Shown here piece after piece: positions 10,213-23,049 of a stretch of 64,000 bases of DNA. The notes beneath the pieces are model-generated. The model worked only from the letters and a program-made list of their open reading frames with translations, did not search any database and was not told the origin of the DNA. The translations under genes and the position numbers were made by a program. Source of the stretch: Neoechinorhynchus agilis (Eukaryota > Animalia > Acanthocephala); NCBI GenBank assembly GCA_051530055.1, contig JBMGUZ010000008.1, positions 1 through 64,000 on the forward strand, in the 5' to 3' direction. Positions within the stretch are counted from its first letter, which is position 1, and every line of letters starts with the position of its first letter.

Positions 10213-12836
10213 CTGCTACTAAAAAGGATAAGAGTTCGATAAAGGATTATTCTCTCATGATTCCGGTATTGATAGAAGATGTAACCTTCTCTGCTTTGCT
10301 TGATACTGGGAGTTCCCTCAATTTCATCGATTTTAATGCTATCGAGAAGCTACAGTTATCTATGGAACCGTCCTACTCAAACGTTTCGTTAGCCTCTGGT
10401 AACACTACAAGGAGAACTCTGGGCAAGGTTAGGGCCGATATTCGATACGACGGAACGATGTACAGTCGCGTGGAACTATACGTGTTGACTGATCTTTGCA
10501 GCGACGTAGTTCTTGGATTGTCGTTTTTAAGACTGCACAGAGAGTTCCGCTTGAGAATGTCAGGCAGTGAGTCGCCAATCGAACTGAATCTAGCTGCGTT
10601 ACTTATTCCTGTACTTGATCAAGAGTCGACAACAAAATCTGATTTTGCGCCTTGTTTGTTTAATAATCTTTCCGCCGACTGTAAACCGATCGCAACTCGA
10701 TCCCGATGCTACAATCAACGCGACATCATCTTTATCAAATCCGAGATCGATCGTATGCTTAAAGATGGTATAATCGAAAAATCCGATTCACCATGGAGGG
10801 CACATGTCCTCGTGGTTAACAACGAAAATGGAAAAAAGATACTCGTTGTAGACTTTAGCCAAACTATTAACAAATTCACTTATCTAGATGCTTACCCTCT
10901 TCCACGTATCGAAACGATCGTCAACAGAATAGCAACAAATAAGGTGTTTAGCCGGTTAGACTTAAAAGATGCATATTATCAAGTATCAATTTCCCCTCAT
11001 GAGAGAGATTATACCTCTTTTGAAGCATGCGGTGAGCTCTACCGCTTTACAAAAATCCCGATGGGCGTTACCAGTGGGGTATCCGCATTTCAGAGGTATA
11101 TGAATAATATCATCGAAGCTAACAATTTATAAAATACGTATGCATATCTCGACGATGTCATTATTTGCGGACAAATGAAGAGCGAGCTTGATAAAAACTT
11201 ACGACAATTTCGAGATATTGCTGCCAAGAAAGGATTAAAATTCAATAACGATAAAAGCGTATATGGGGTAGAACGAATTCTGGTACTTGGTTACGAAATT
11301 GGTAACGGCCAACTAAGACCGGACCCAAATCGTCTCAAGTCTCTAAATGACATAGTACTACCCACCAACAAAGCATCTCTACAACGCCTGGTGGGATTTT
11401 TTGCCTATTATAGTAAATGGATCCCGAACTACTCTAAAAGGATTCACCCGCTGGTGTGCAAAAATTTGGATTTCCCTCTATGCGAACAAACTGCAATATT
11501 GATTGATACCTTGAAAAAAGACATCAAAAACGCTGTCATGCATAGCATAGATGAGGATAAGCAATTCGTACTCGAAGCTGATGCTTCCGAAAAAGCAATT
11601 GGAGCCGCTCTTTTCCAGGATGGGCTACCTGTCGCATTTTTTTCCAAAACACTGAATAAACATGAAAAACGATATCACATAGTGGAAAAGGAGGCATACG
11701 CACTTATCGAGGCAATAAAACATTGGCGGTACTACTTAGCTATCCGTCCGTTCGTCGTGATTACGGATCAAAGATCAGTATCCTTTATGCTCAATCAAAA
11801 ACATTCAAAAAAGATTAGAAACGAACGCATATTACGATGGAGGCTGGAACTTTCAAGTTATACTTATACACTAAAGTATCGAGCTGGAGCTTCTAATCTA
11901 GCTGCGGATGTACTATCACGCGATTCATGTGCGAGCGTATCCTCTATTCAGACTCAGATCCACGAAGTTCACCGAAAATTAGGACATCCAGGTGTCACCA
12001 GGATGCTCCACTACATCAAAAAAAATAATCTTCCTTATTCTACGGAGGAAATAAGAAAAGTAACGGCATCTTGTTCGGTATGCTGCCGAATAAAACCAAG
12101 ATTTTTCAAATCTTCTGATCTACATTTGATCAAAGCCACCAAACCATTCGAACGAATATCTGTGGACTTCAAAAGTCCATTACCGTCCACAGCAAGCGGT
12201 CCGCGGTATTTATTAGTCGCCGTAGACGAATATTCGCGGTTCCCAATCGCATTTGCTTGCACAGACTGCTCAACTGAAACTGTTAAATTATGTCTATCAC
12301 GAATCTTTGCAATTTTCGGATGTCCTGATTACGTCCACTCTGACCGCGGAGCTTCTTTCACCTGCAAGGATATTCGAGAATGGCTAAATGTACAGAACGT
12401 TTGCCTCAGTCACACGACTGCGTTCCACGCGCAAGGCAACGGTCAGTGTGTACGCTACAATGAAACAGTGTGGAAAACCATCCAGCTCTTGCTTGCAGAT
12501 CAAGATCTTCCTTTAAATAAATGGCCCCAGGTCCTCCATGAGGCACTTTCGAAAATACGAACACTTCTCTGCACCAGTACGGGGCAAACGCCCCATGAAC
12601 GAATATTCAATTATCAAAGAAGGAGTATGACATCCCGGCCACCACCAAGTTGGATTGTATCAAGTGATAAGGCATACCTCAAGAATCTCAACAGAAAGTC
12701 CAAGTACGAGAATGAAGTGGATGAAGTAACTCTAATAAGTGGAGGCGAAAAGCATTCGTTGATCCAATACGCTGATGGACGACAAGGCGTCGTTTCAACC
12801 CAACGTCTAGCCCCGTATGGGTCGGATATCGCTTAA
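10134..12836 (+). pseudogene. pol: Gypsy pol (protease-RT-RNase H-integrase) with an in-frame stop at 11130-11132
   Basis: LLDTGSS; RLDLKDAYYQ; a TAA just before YAYLDD; DASEKAIGA; ADVLSR; H..LGHPG..C..C; SDRGASF; NGQCVRYN. Confidence 0.92.
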
Positions 12837-13046
12837 ACGACTGGTGATGACGTGCTTCAATCTCAAACTACTGAATCAAGATCTAAGCACAATAGTACTG
12901 AAATATCAGAACGCGGCACTCAGGATGACTATACTGGATTGGATTCGGATTCTAGTCGAATGGGCTCGAAGTATATAATGGAAGACGGGCGAGAAGTCAG
13001 ACGGTCTTGCCGGAGACCAGGGAAACAATCGAACACGATGGAAGAT

Positions 13047-13181
13047 TGTGATATCGATTAGTTTCGACTACATCATAAATGTAATTATATTATCGATTAC
13101 TAACCGTTGTCGTTCGTTGTACCATGAAACGCTTTCGCGGTTCCGTTAGCTAAATAAAACCACGTTTTCGGTTCTACAACA
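13047..13181 (+). repeat. 3' LTR
   Basis: Near-identical copy of 9149-9283, followed by the GGTAC TSD. Confidence 0.96.
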
Positions 13182-14000
13182 GGTACTTTGTGCTAGAGTA
13201 CCATCTGACGAGTCCCTTGCTACCCTCATCAAAAAGCGGGTGTCCTTCGACAATTCGTTTGGAGAGGTCATACGCAAAGCTCGCGTTTTAGGGGAGATTT
13301 TTCAAAGCCACCGAATCAGAGCCGAGTTTCAACCCGTTCAATGAACCAGAGAGTGGCTTCTAAACTCGCCGATGGTGATGTGAGAGGCGTGGTTCGCATT
13401 CTATCATCCACCAACGAATTTGCAAGCGATGATACGAAAACTCTCCAACTTCTCAGCGAGAAACATCCTCGACCCTCTGGTCATCTAGAATATTCGGCGA
13501 TGATCCCTTCGGGCACCCCGTTAGAATTTTCGGTTGATGTTGTTAAGATAGCCGTTTCTTCGTTCGCAAATGGGTCAGCACGTGGACTCGACGAGCTTCG
13601 GCCTCAACACCTAAAGGACATGATGTCCTTTTCCGTAGGTGATCCATCCCATGTTCTGCTGAACGCCTTGACTCGGCTAGTCTGCGTTTTCTCTGGAGAC
13701 AACTTGTCCCCCAAAGCAATCGATTTTTTTTGGCGCTTCCCTCTGCGCTTTAGAAAGAAGGACGGTGGGATTCGTCCCATCGCCGTCGGCTCTACATTGA
13801 GACGACTAGCAGGGAAAGTGATTTCTGGACGAGTATCAGAAGGTGTTGCTGAAATTCTTCGTCCAGTTCAACTAAGTTGCTGCACACCTTGTGGGGCAGA
13901 AGCCATAGTCCATACACTCCGTACATTTGTTATTGAGAATGTCAAACCGTGTGTGATCCTAAAATTAGATTTCCGCAACGCCTTCAATTCCGTTAATCGC
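13182..14000 (+). mobile_element. CRE-clade copy 1, middle segment (RT N-terminal half)
   Basis: KLADGDVRGVVR, GLDELRPQHLKD, KKDGGIRPIAVGSTLRRLAGK, GAEAIVH and KLDFRNAFNSVNR. Cut by the RTE tail at 14001. Confidence 0.88.
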
Positions 14001-15876
14001 ATGTAATGTATGTAATGTAATGTATGCAACGGTACTTTCCTACGTTGCACCGTAGATATAAGCCCGTCAAATAGAATTGGACTCCGCAAGGGATCTAAAA
14101 TACACGACAGCAGTCCTGTTATGCGGGCAGTTCGCGTCTCTTAAAATCAGGTCATCGTATGTACGACAGTTCCCTTTGCCTTTAAGATACAATGTCGTTG
14201 GCTTCCAGAAAAGGAACTGTTGCACGACCTGTGGGCAAGATGCCTCGGGCGGAATTATATTGCCGGTGAACTGCAGTCGTCTGCGGCGCAAATATTCACT
14301 GGGCGGTTGGACTCCGGCTCTCTTATACAGTGCTTTGTTGGTCACTTTATCTGACCATCTGACCTTGAACGCCGCGCGTAAGAGAGATGAATGATTTTGG
14401 TCGAACTGCCTCGTCGCCGTTAGTGACAGTGTCCAGGTCTCTGCATTGAAGTAGAGAATGCTCTCAATTAGAGCCCTGAGCAGCTGCGAACGGACTGTCA
14501 AACAGTGGTTTAAGTTGCCCCATTGCTCTCCAAGCTATAGCTCTCCGTCGGCCGACATCCGCACTCGCCTCAGGAACGACAGCTCCCAGATAGACATACC
14601 GCTCTATCTGTTTTAATTGCCCAACGCCATTCGGCCCTTCGCCAGAGACTGTATGCGCGACATGCGGAATCGTCAAGAATTCCGTTTTTTTTCGAGTTGA
14701 TGGTCAGACCAATCATACTCGCCCTCTCGCACAGTCTATTTAGCTTGCGTTGAGCTCCTTCGACTGTTGAGGACATCAATACAATGTCGTCGGCATATGC
14801 CATGTAGGAGGCGCGTATCTCAGGATACCTGCGACCTCTTTTCCTCAACAGAAAAAATCCATCTTCATCATTCGGTAGTGCCCATCTCATTACCCAATCA
14901 AGCACCAAGATGAAGAGGAAAGGAGCCAATGTGTCGCCCTGCAGAACACCTGAAGTGGTGGAGAAGTATTTTGTCAAACCGTCAGCTGTCTTTACGGCGG
15001 ACCTTGTGTTTTTATATAATGCCATAACGGATGTGACAATGATCAGTGGCACTCCATACTCCTTTAAGATACCGCCAATCATCGTTCGATTTACCGAATC
15101 GAAAGCTCGACGGAAATCAACAAATACCAGCGTCACATCCGTTTGATGAATTCGTGCCTACTCGAGGATCCTCCTCAAAGCCAATATGTGTTCTGTGGCG
15201 TCTCGACCTTTCTTGAAGCCGTTCTGTTCAATTCTTAGAAACGGTTCGAGGATTGGCTGAATTCGGCGTCTCAAAATGATGCTGAAAAGTTTTGCCGTGC
15301 TGGACATCAAGAATATACCTCTGTAGTCCTCCACCTTTGTCGAGCAGCATTTCTTGGGGATCATTGTTAAATGCGCCGTTTGCTAAATTTGAGGTACTGA
15401 GCCACCATTCATTATGCCATTCATTATCGGTATGATCTTTCCGGCAATAGATTCAAACCTCAGTACCTCTGCCATTATCCCACCTGGGCCTGATGCACGT
15501 CCCGCACGCATCATTTTCACCGCAGCGATCGCTTTCTTCACGGAAACCGGTCCAGTGAAGTATGCCTCAGTGCTTGGGACGATTGTGCCTTTTGGAAGTG
15601 CAGGACTCACTTCCAAAGACGATAATGGCGAATTGAGAATTTCCGCAAAATAATTTGCGATTCTCGTTTTTCTGATTTCCGGGGAGGGACCTTCAATCAA
15701 AGTTGGCTGTCTTTGGGGTCTTCCTGTGAGAGTGTTTATCGCTCTCCATGCTAAGGAGGTACGAACAAAACCTTCCTTATATGCGATCCCGCGAACTGCA
15801 TCCCCTATCGATGCCTTTTGCTTTTCATTATGGAGGTTGGCAAGTTCACGACTTTCAATGCGAGCCTCGAGCTGCG
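14001..15876 (-). mobile_element. 5'-truncated RTE-clade non-LTR retrotransposon (frameshifted RT) with (TACAT)n-type 3' tail
   Basis: Minus-strand motifs GRASGPGGI, YRGIFLMSSTAKLF, EQNGFKKGR, FVDFRRAFDSVNR, GVLQGDTLAPFLF, AYADDIVL and LYFNAETWTL. Microsatellite tail atgtaatgtatgtaatgtaatgtatg at 14001-14026. The 5' junction is approximate. Confidence 0.9.
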
Positions 15877-16975
15877 ACCCCTCTTGTATTCAACGATCAA
15901 ATCATTCCTTCCGAAACATGCGTTTAACAGGGAGACCCATTAGGTTCCATTGGTTTCGCGCCCACAGTGAACGAATTAGCGCCTTCTCTTGATGCGGAAT
16001 TCAATGATTGGTACCTGGACGATGCTACGCTGGGAGGCGATCTCCAGGTAGTTCTTCGTGACCTGGAGAAAATCAAGATGGGGGCAAGCAAGCTGGGCAT
16101 TGAATTTAACACAGAAAAGTGCGAAATTCTATTCCGTAACATAGAGAGGGGTGCTGCAAAAGACGTAATAAAGCGCCACTTTGAAAATGTTGCACCCAGG
16201 ACAGAAATAATCGACCTAGACCGGCTTAAGCTTTTGGGCAGTTGCGTCTTTGATGGGAATGTAGAACACGAAATTAACAGCCTTCTAAAGAAATTATCGG
16301 TGTTTTGTGATAGGGTCTGTGAGCTTGGATCACACGAGGCTCTGTTCTTGATAAAGAACACCCTCTTCATCACCAACTTCCTTTATGCTCTACGCATTGC
16401 GCCGCCTTTCTAGCACAAGGTTCAGCTTGGCAAGCTAGATGACAGATTGAAGGACTGTCTCGAGCAAGTTTTAAATGTCCAGCTGCCAGAAGAGGCATGG
16501 CGACAAGCATCCTTGCCTGTATCTTCTTGCGGGTTGGGCATCCGGAAAACAGCAGACATATCCCTGCCCACATTTTTAGGCTCCGATGAGGGAAGCAGAA
16601 GCGCAGTTCAGCGCATTTTGAAAGATACGTATCGTATTGATAGGCATTTTGAAAAGGGAATCAGTGAGTGGTGTACACTGACCAACTCCGGTCAAGTACC
16701 TGTGAATGGCCTAAAACATTCTATGTGGGATCGACCTCTCGTCGCAAGAGTTCAAAGCTCTCTTATCAGACTCAAGCGATGACGTTGTCCGTGTCAGGTT
16801 GTTGGTAGTCTCCACTAGAGAATCAGGTGCTTGGTTGAACGAGGTCCCTCTGGCATCCGTGGGCATTCTCCTCTCCGACGAGGCAGTACGGGTCGGAGTT
16901 TCAATGAGACTAGGACTACCGACGTGTCATCCCCACGGTTGCGGTGCAAATGTGGATTCGTCGGGACGTCGGGTA
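15877..16975 (+). mobile_element. CRE-clade copy 1, 3' segment (RT C-terminal half to start of CCHC finger; stops and frameshifts; truncated before the endonuclease)
   Basis: QGDPLGSIGF, WYLDDATLGG, QASLPVSSCGLGIR, ESGAWLNEVP and RLGLPTCHPHGCG. Confidence 0.88.
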
Positions 16976-17045
16976 AAATTTCAATCATTGAACATATCTG
17001 TCCAAGAATGTTCATATAACGTTTTAACGTTGCGTTAAGGCAGCA

Positions 17046-19030
17046 ATGTCACATTCCTTGTTCACGAGAATGACGGAATCCTCAGCGACTCCCGAAAATT
17101 CGTCTAGCAAAAGCCGTAAACAAGGCACAGTTCGGCCACTGGGTCAACGCGTATCGGCGAAGCTAGCAGACGGGGATGTTCGCGGTGCGGTTCGGCTTCT
17201 AGCCTCAACTGATGATTTTGCGCCAAACCATGGCACAACTTTTGAGGCACTATTAAAGTTGCATCCGTCATCGGAGTCAAACTCCACCAATTTTACACCA
17301 ACTGCTCAGGCTTTCCGAGCAAATAGTTTAGAAATAAGGAAAGCTGTGCCTTCCTTCGCCAATGGCTCAGGACACGGGCCGGATGGCTTGCGTCCACAGC
17401 ACCTCAAAGACATGATGTCTTTTTCTACAAGTGCTTCGGGAATAGCCCTCGGAACTGCTTTGCTTAAAATAGTTGATATTTTCATCGAGGGCTCCATTGG
17501 CAATTTGGCTACACATCTTTTCTTCGGCGCCTCTTTGTGTGCTTTGTCCAAGAAAGGTGGTGGAATTCGTCCCATCGCCATTGGCTGCATTTTGCGTAGG
17601 TTAGCCACTAAAGTTTTATACAGGAGAATCTCCGATAAAACGGGAGAATTTTTAAGACCCTGTCAGTTAGGTTGCTGCACTCCTTGTGGAGTTGAAGCGG
17701 TCGTGCATGCTCTGCGAAAATTTATCCCCCAAAGAACAAAGCCAACAGCAATTCTGAAAATAGATTTTAAAAATGCTTTCAATACCTTAAAAAGGGAAAT
17801 AATGTTAAAAGCAATTGAGGATGTCGTCCCAGAGGCTTACCCCTATTTCTGGAGAGCATATGCTAAACATACGCCACTGCTGTACAACGACAAAGTAATT
17901 TGGTCGCAGAGCGGTGTACAACAGGGAGATCCACTCGGCCCCATAGGTTTCTCCGTCGCAGTAAATGATCTTGTCCATTCAATGGTTTCTTCTTTCAACG
18001 CTTGGTACTTGGACGATGCCACACTCGGTGGCGATCCAAGTGTAGTTTTGAGCGACCTTCAAAGGATCGTGAATGAAGCTGACCGCTTGGGAATAGAAAT
18101 AAATCCCCAAAAATGCGAACTTCTCATCCTGAACCCAACTGAAAACGAGCGCTCTCAAATCTCTAGCGATTTTGAATCAGTTGCTCCTGGTCTAGGTTTG
18201 ATCACCCTTGACCAGCTCACACTCCTCGGGAGCTGGGTTCTTGCTGAGAATGTTGCGAAGGACCTGCGCGCACAAATCCCGAAAATGGAGTTGCTCTGCG
18301 GCCGAACTTCTGAGCTTTCGGCTCATGAGAGTCTCTTCTTGATCAAGAATTGCCTCTATATGCCAAAATTGCTTCATAAGCTAAGAGTAGCTCCATGTTT
18401 CGGAGAAGACAAATTGTTAGGAGAGCTCGACGGGGTAATTCGTAAGCAGCTGGGACATATATTGAATGTCAAATTTTCTGACACAGGTTGGCGACAGGCC
18501 ACTTTTCCCACGGCTTATGGTGGTTTTGGAGTTCGCACCACTTCAGACGTCGCTTTACCTGCCTTCCTCTCCTCTTACCGGACAGGTAAAGTCTATGTCG
18601 ATGCTATTTTAGGCACATCAGTGAAGGATTTGATCTTTGCCCCGGGATTATCTCAATGGCATCAATTGACAGGCATCAACCAGCTCCCCGCAAATGAGTG
18701 CAAACAGTCGTCTTGGGACATTCCTCTTGTTCAGAAGATTCACAACTCTTTCAAAGATCTTCTGGATGAAGTGCCTCAGGTCCAGCTGGTAGCCTGTTCC
18801 ACGAAGGAGTCGGGAGCGTGGTTGAATGCTCTCCCTGTAGGGAAACTTGAAATTCTCCTTGCTGACTCAGTCGTCAGGATCGCAGTATCCTTGAGATTAG
18901 GCCTACCGATTTGCATCCCTCATCGCTGCCGCTGCGGCACTATAGTGGACGCTTCGGGGAGACACGGTCTCATATGCAAGACGTCATCGGGACGATTTCC
19001 AAGGCATGCTGAAATCAATGCCATCTGTTT
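17046..19030 (+). mobile_element. CRE-clade non-LTR retrotransposon copy 2 (open RT plus CCHC finger; truncated at both ends)
   Basis: About 660 open codons containing GPDGLRPQHLKD, FFGASLCALSKKGGGIRPIA, KIDFKNAFN, GVQQGDPLGP, WYLDDATLGG and CIPHRCRCG...HGLIC...GRFPRH. The RLE nuclease is absent. Confidence 0.9.
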
Positions 19031-21291
19031 GAAGAAGGTCTACTTAAATTTGGCCGTAATTTCAGCAAGATTCGATCATCTCTTCTTCCTTACAAATCAA
19101 CTAGCGATCTCGTTGAACTTTACTATGGATACAAGTCCACCGATAGATACATGAGAGCAAGTCGAATCGTTTTGCGGTTGGAATTCCCTGATTTGCGTTC
19201 TTGCATCGTGTTCCATTTTTTGTACGCTTCTCCTTCGTGTCACTGTCGACTTAAGTGTTGGACGGATCCGGTCGGATACTGTTGTCAACCTCCGCCCGAA
19301 AATCACCTCAGCTGGTGCTTTTTGAATGCTATTCTGCGGCGTGTTTCGATAGCTCATTAAGAACTGTTCGATCGATATGGAACTTTTGTAACGATCACCC
19401 GAAATCCGGACTCGCCTCTTAAATGTGCATATAAATCTTTCGACCAACCAATTGGTTTGGGGTTGATAAGACGATGTGCGGATGTGTTCGATTCCATTCG
19501 CTGCACAGAATCGCTGGAATTCCGTCGACTGGAACGGCGGTCCGTTATCTGAGCAAACATCCTCCTGGTTTTATTGATTGTTTCGTTTGCTGCAGTGGAG
19601 TTAACGGGCATAATCTCCGTCTAGTGACTGAATGCATCAATCAAAACAAGGAAGAGTTGTCCCCGAATCGGACCAACAAAAATCCATGAGGATCCTTTCC
19701 CAGATTTGTTCAGGAATATTCCACTGGTATAACGGAGCTTCAGGTACCTTCGGTCGTTTGGTCTGGCAGTCTAAACATACCCTAACCTTATGTTCGGTGT
19801 CTTCACGTATTGATGGCTATCAACAATAAAAACGCGAAATATCCCTCATGGCCGCTATTCCCGGATATCCAGAGTGTAACACATTGAGCGCTGTACTTCT
19901 GAGGCTTTAAGGAATCACGAGATGCTGTAGCCACAACAAGATTTCGTCCACGACCGAAAGATCTTGTCGTCGCGAAGAATATGTGCTGAGTTCATGCGGA
20001 ATCGTTGATGGCCAGCCAATCGAAAGATATCGCCTAGCAGTTCATAATTCCGTGTCCGATTCCGTCGCTTTTCGAATTTCGTCGAACATGAATCCCATAT
20101 TCGTCACGGTATGCTCTTGAATTAAGTGAACTTCGATTTCGTCGTTCGTCGTGGTGTCTGATGTCAATCTAGAGAGGGTGTCGGCCAGTTGATTCTCTTC
20201 TCCTATAGTAAACTCTAGCACGTAGTCGTATTGTGGTAGTTTTATTCCCCATCGGATCAATCTTTGATTTGTCATCTTTGACAAGTTCCGATTTGTTCCG
20301 AAGACGTACTTCAGTGGTTTATGGTCGCTTTACAGGACGAACTTGCGACCTGCCAGATACTGATGGAATCTCCGAAACGCAAAGATTATCGCCAAACCTT
20401 TCTTTCTATTTGAGATAAATTGATTTCTGGCCCCTTTAGTGTTCGCGATGCATACGCTACTGGAAATGGTCTGCCATCATTTTGTATCTGCATAAGAACA
20501 GTTCCAAGGCCTTCTTCACTTGCGTCAGAGCACAATCGAGTTTCCCTTTTTAGATCGAAAGTCTTAAGAACTTGAGCGTTCATCAACGATTCACTCACTT
20601 TTTGGAAAGCTTCCTCCTGCTTCGTGCCCCACTCCCATTTTTTCCTTGTTTGTTAATTCGTGCAATTGTTGGCATTTGGGTTGCAATCCTGGAATGAACA
20701 TTTGCAAAAAATTTGTCGTTTCCAAAAATGACCTGTGCTCTCCTTTATTACGTGGTCGGAGAACTGCTAAAACATCTTTGATTTTTTGTTGCACTTGGTC
20801 GTACATTATCTCGGTGTAGTTCGTGGCCCAGGAATTCAATTCAATCCTGTAAGAAGACACATTTTCTCGATTCAACTTTAATCCCACTTCCTGTAATCTG
20901 TGCAGTACCTCGGATAAATTCGAGAGATGGTCTCTTTGTGTTTTTTCAGTGATCAGTACGTCGTCCAAGTATACTGCAACTTCTGGAATTCCCCGCAGGA
21001 GATCGTCCAATATTGTTGAAAGATAAACGGTGCCGAGCTTATGCCGAAAGGCAATCGCTTAAAATATGGCCTTGATTCGGGACTTACAGGCAGTTGCAGA
21101 TATGCCTCTTTTAGGTCGTTCCAGGAATAAACCTCGCCACCCGCTATTTTACTCATTATTTCGTCCCATGTTGGTAGCGAATAACTGTCGGCTCCGAGAT
21201 ACTGATTGATAGTGACCCCAAATTCACCGCAAATTCTAATATCCCCGTTGGCTTTGGTGGCCACAACGATCAGCGGCACAATATTGTGCCG
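19030..21291 (-). mobile_element. Degenerate Mag/K02A2.6-type Gypsy pol fragment (RT-RNase H-integrase)
   Basis: PLIVV..ANGDIRICG, DLKEAYLQL, RLPFGISSAPFIFQ, VYLDDVLI, DASEEGLG, PVAYASRTL, ADTLSR and VERF..TFK...YRNTP....APAE. Many stops and frameshifts; no LTRs recognised. Confidence 0.85.
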
Positions 21292-21511
21292 AAATATCGG
21301 AACTAATAAATGTTTTTAATTTTTACTACTCAAAGAAGAGTACACGATAAACTATCGAAGTGGCACTAAAAGTCATTGTTGCACTTGGAAGAGAAAAAGA
21401 CTGAAAAGTGAGTGTATACTTGTAGTAAATGTAAGTCCTGATTTATACGAGTTCAAAACACTGATGATTGATGAAGATAACATAGGTGGACATTTTTAAA
21501 ATTAGGTTCCC

Positions 21512-21755
21512 ATCAGAAAGCAATACAACTGCTGGGAAACTTAATGCCTAGTTATTTTCATCGATCTGGGACTATTTTGCAATTCATTTTTCTAAATAAA
21601 GATTTTTAGTGGCAGCGACTAACTGCGATTTGAGAGTAACATGGTACTTTGCCTTTCCCATTTGTGATTCGTCGATAAATTCGTTCATAGGCGGCAGCAA
21701 CAATTCCATAAGGAAGATGGCAATAAGTTTCCCAGCAGTTGTACTGCTTTCTGAT
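21512..21755. repeat. 244-bp foldback / MITE-like element with 37-bp inverted arms
   Basis: 21512-21548 matches the reverse complement of 21719-21755 at 35/37 positions. No TSD evident. Confidence 0.7.
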
Positions 21756-22084
21756 TTAAATCATGAAAAATGTATTATAAACCAGAATAACTTAAATATC
21801 AGTCAATCTCTTTAATCGAGAAAATTAGTCGGAAAGATTCACAAAAACGGATGAAAATGTTAGTGAAATATGAAAATGCTTGCAGTTCTAATTTAACGAG
21901 AATAATATAAATGAGGATTTGGACGAAAATAGTAACTCTGGTTGGCTATCTTCTCCAATTATCTACGTATTTTGAAACCGAAATGTAAAAAATCGACGAA
22001 AGCATTGATGTTTTCTTAAACATAAGATTACGTTTAATTTATAGTTCCAAAGGAAAAATTCAACCTTGTATTCGATAATAAATA

Positions 22085-22723
22085 TTAATATTTCGGAAAG
22101 AAATAATGGCTTTTAACTGGAGGTAATATGAGTCTGAACCGGAGGTTTGAGAATCGGGATTGAGTTAGTTCTAGGGTCCAGAGACGATTTATCATTTCCG
22201 GGTGTGGATGGCATGTTTGGGTTGTCACAAGATAGTTGGTTGACCTTGTACGGAAACAGGTCACGCTCTTTGTCATTAATTAGATGTGAAATTAACGGGC
22301 TGCTGGGAGCTGGTAAGGGATCCTTGACAATAGTTTGGTTGTATTTTGGGGATATACTCAGTTGAGTTGGAAGTGTTGTGACGGGTGAAACGGGAGGAAA
22401 GAGATCGGCAGATCGGGAGAAATCTGTGAGATGGCTTCTGTTGTGATGTTCAAATGCATGGTAGAAAGTGATGTTTCGAGGTTGGCGTCGATTGCGGTCG
22501 AAAGTGCCCTGTTGATAACTCCAAAAGGCATTCCAAACAGTATTCGATCTGGTGCCAATTTGATCAGCAGCTTGGCGCAGCAGAACCCACAGATAAAGAA
22601 CGTGCAAGGCTCTGGGATGTGCGTTGGGGCGATGAGGGTTGTTATCGAGCACCCTTGGCACGAACAGGTGATCTTCTTAGAGGCTGGGTTACGGGACTTT
22701 TTACCTGCCATGAAGGTGAGCAC
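22085..22723 (-). mobile_element. Cys-rich (PHD-like) plus Pro/Ser-rich ORF remnant, probably a LINE ORF1 5' end
   Basis: CSCQGC...H..EPC.FFICGFC followed by a low-complexity P/S-rich tract across a frameshift. Family not established. Confidence 0.35.
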
Positions 22724-23049
22724 GGCGATGAAGATTTAATTGTATCGCCAATTGTTTTCGACTTTGGAGGACGTTCACGCGAGAGAGGATGGTGACGAGA
22801 GAGATGACGTTGACTATCCTATTTGATGGAAAATGTTTTGTTTTGTGGTATTGCTTGCAAGTTTTTAAATCTTTCAAAAATACCCCAAAAATACAGATTC
22901 AACTTGAGATCTCATGATGTAAGTTTGTCCGAAATTTACACCCTCGATTTAATAGAAAAATTTCTTGCTAGGATTTCATTAGATTTTTGAAAGGATGCAA
23001 CGCGGACAAAAATTGCGTGGAAACCGTTATCCAATATCTCTTCTCTTTT

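Larger units (their letters stand above)
9149..13181 (+). mobile_element. Structurally complete but defective Ty3/Gypsy LTR retrotransposon (4033 bp)
   Basis: Two 135-bp TG...CA LTRs and a 5-bp TSD GGTAC (9144-9148 / 13182-13186). Domain order is gag(CCHC)-PR(LLDTGS)-RT(YLDD)-RH(DAS..AIG)-INT(HHCC, DDE). Confidence 0.96.

Noticed and set aside
13030-13046. Polypurine tract before the 3' LTR
   Set aside because: Only atggaagat is present, too short or degenerate to call as a feature.
22147-22739. Plus-strand ORFs 22147-22365 and 22431-22739
   Set aside because: They are antisense to the Cys-rich minus-strand frame, which has the better motif support.
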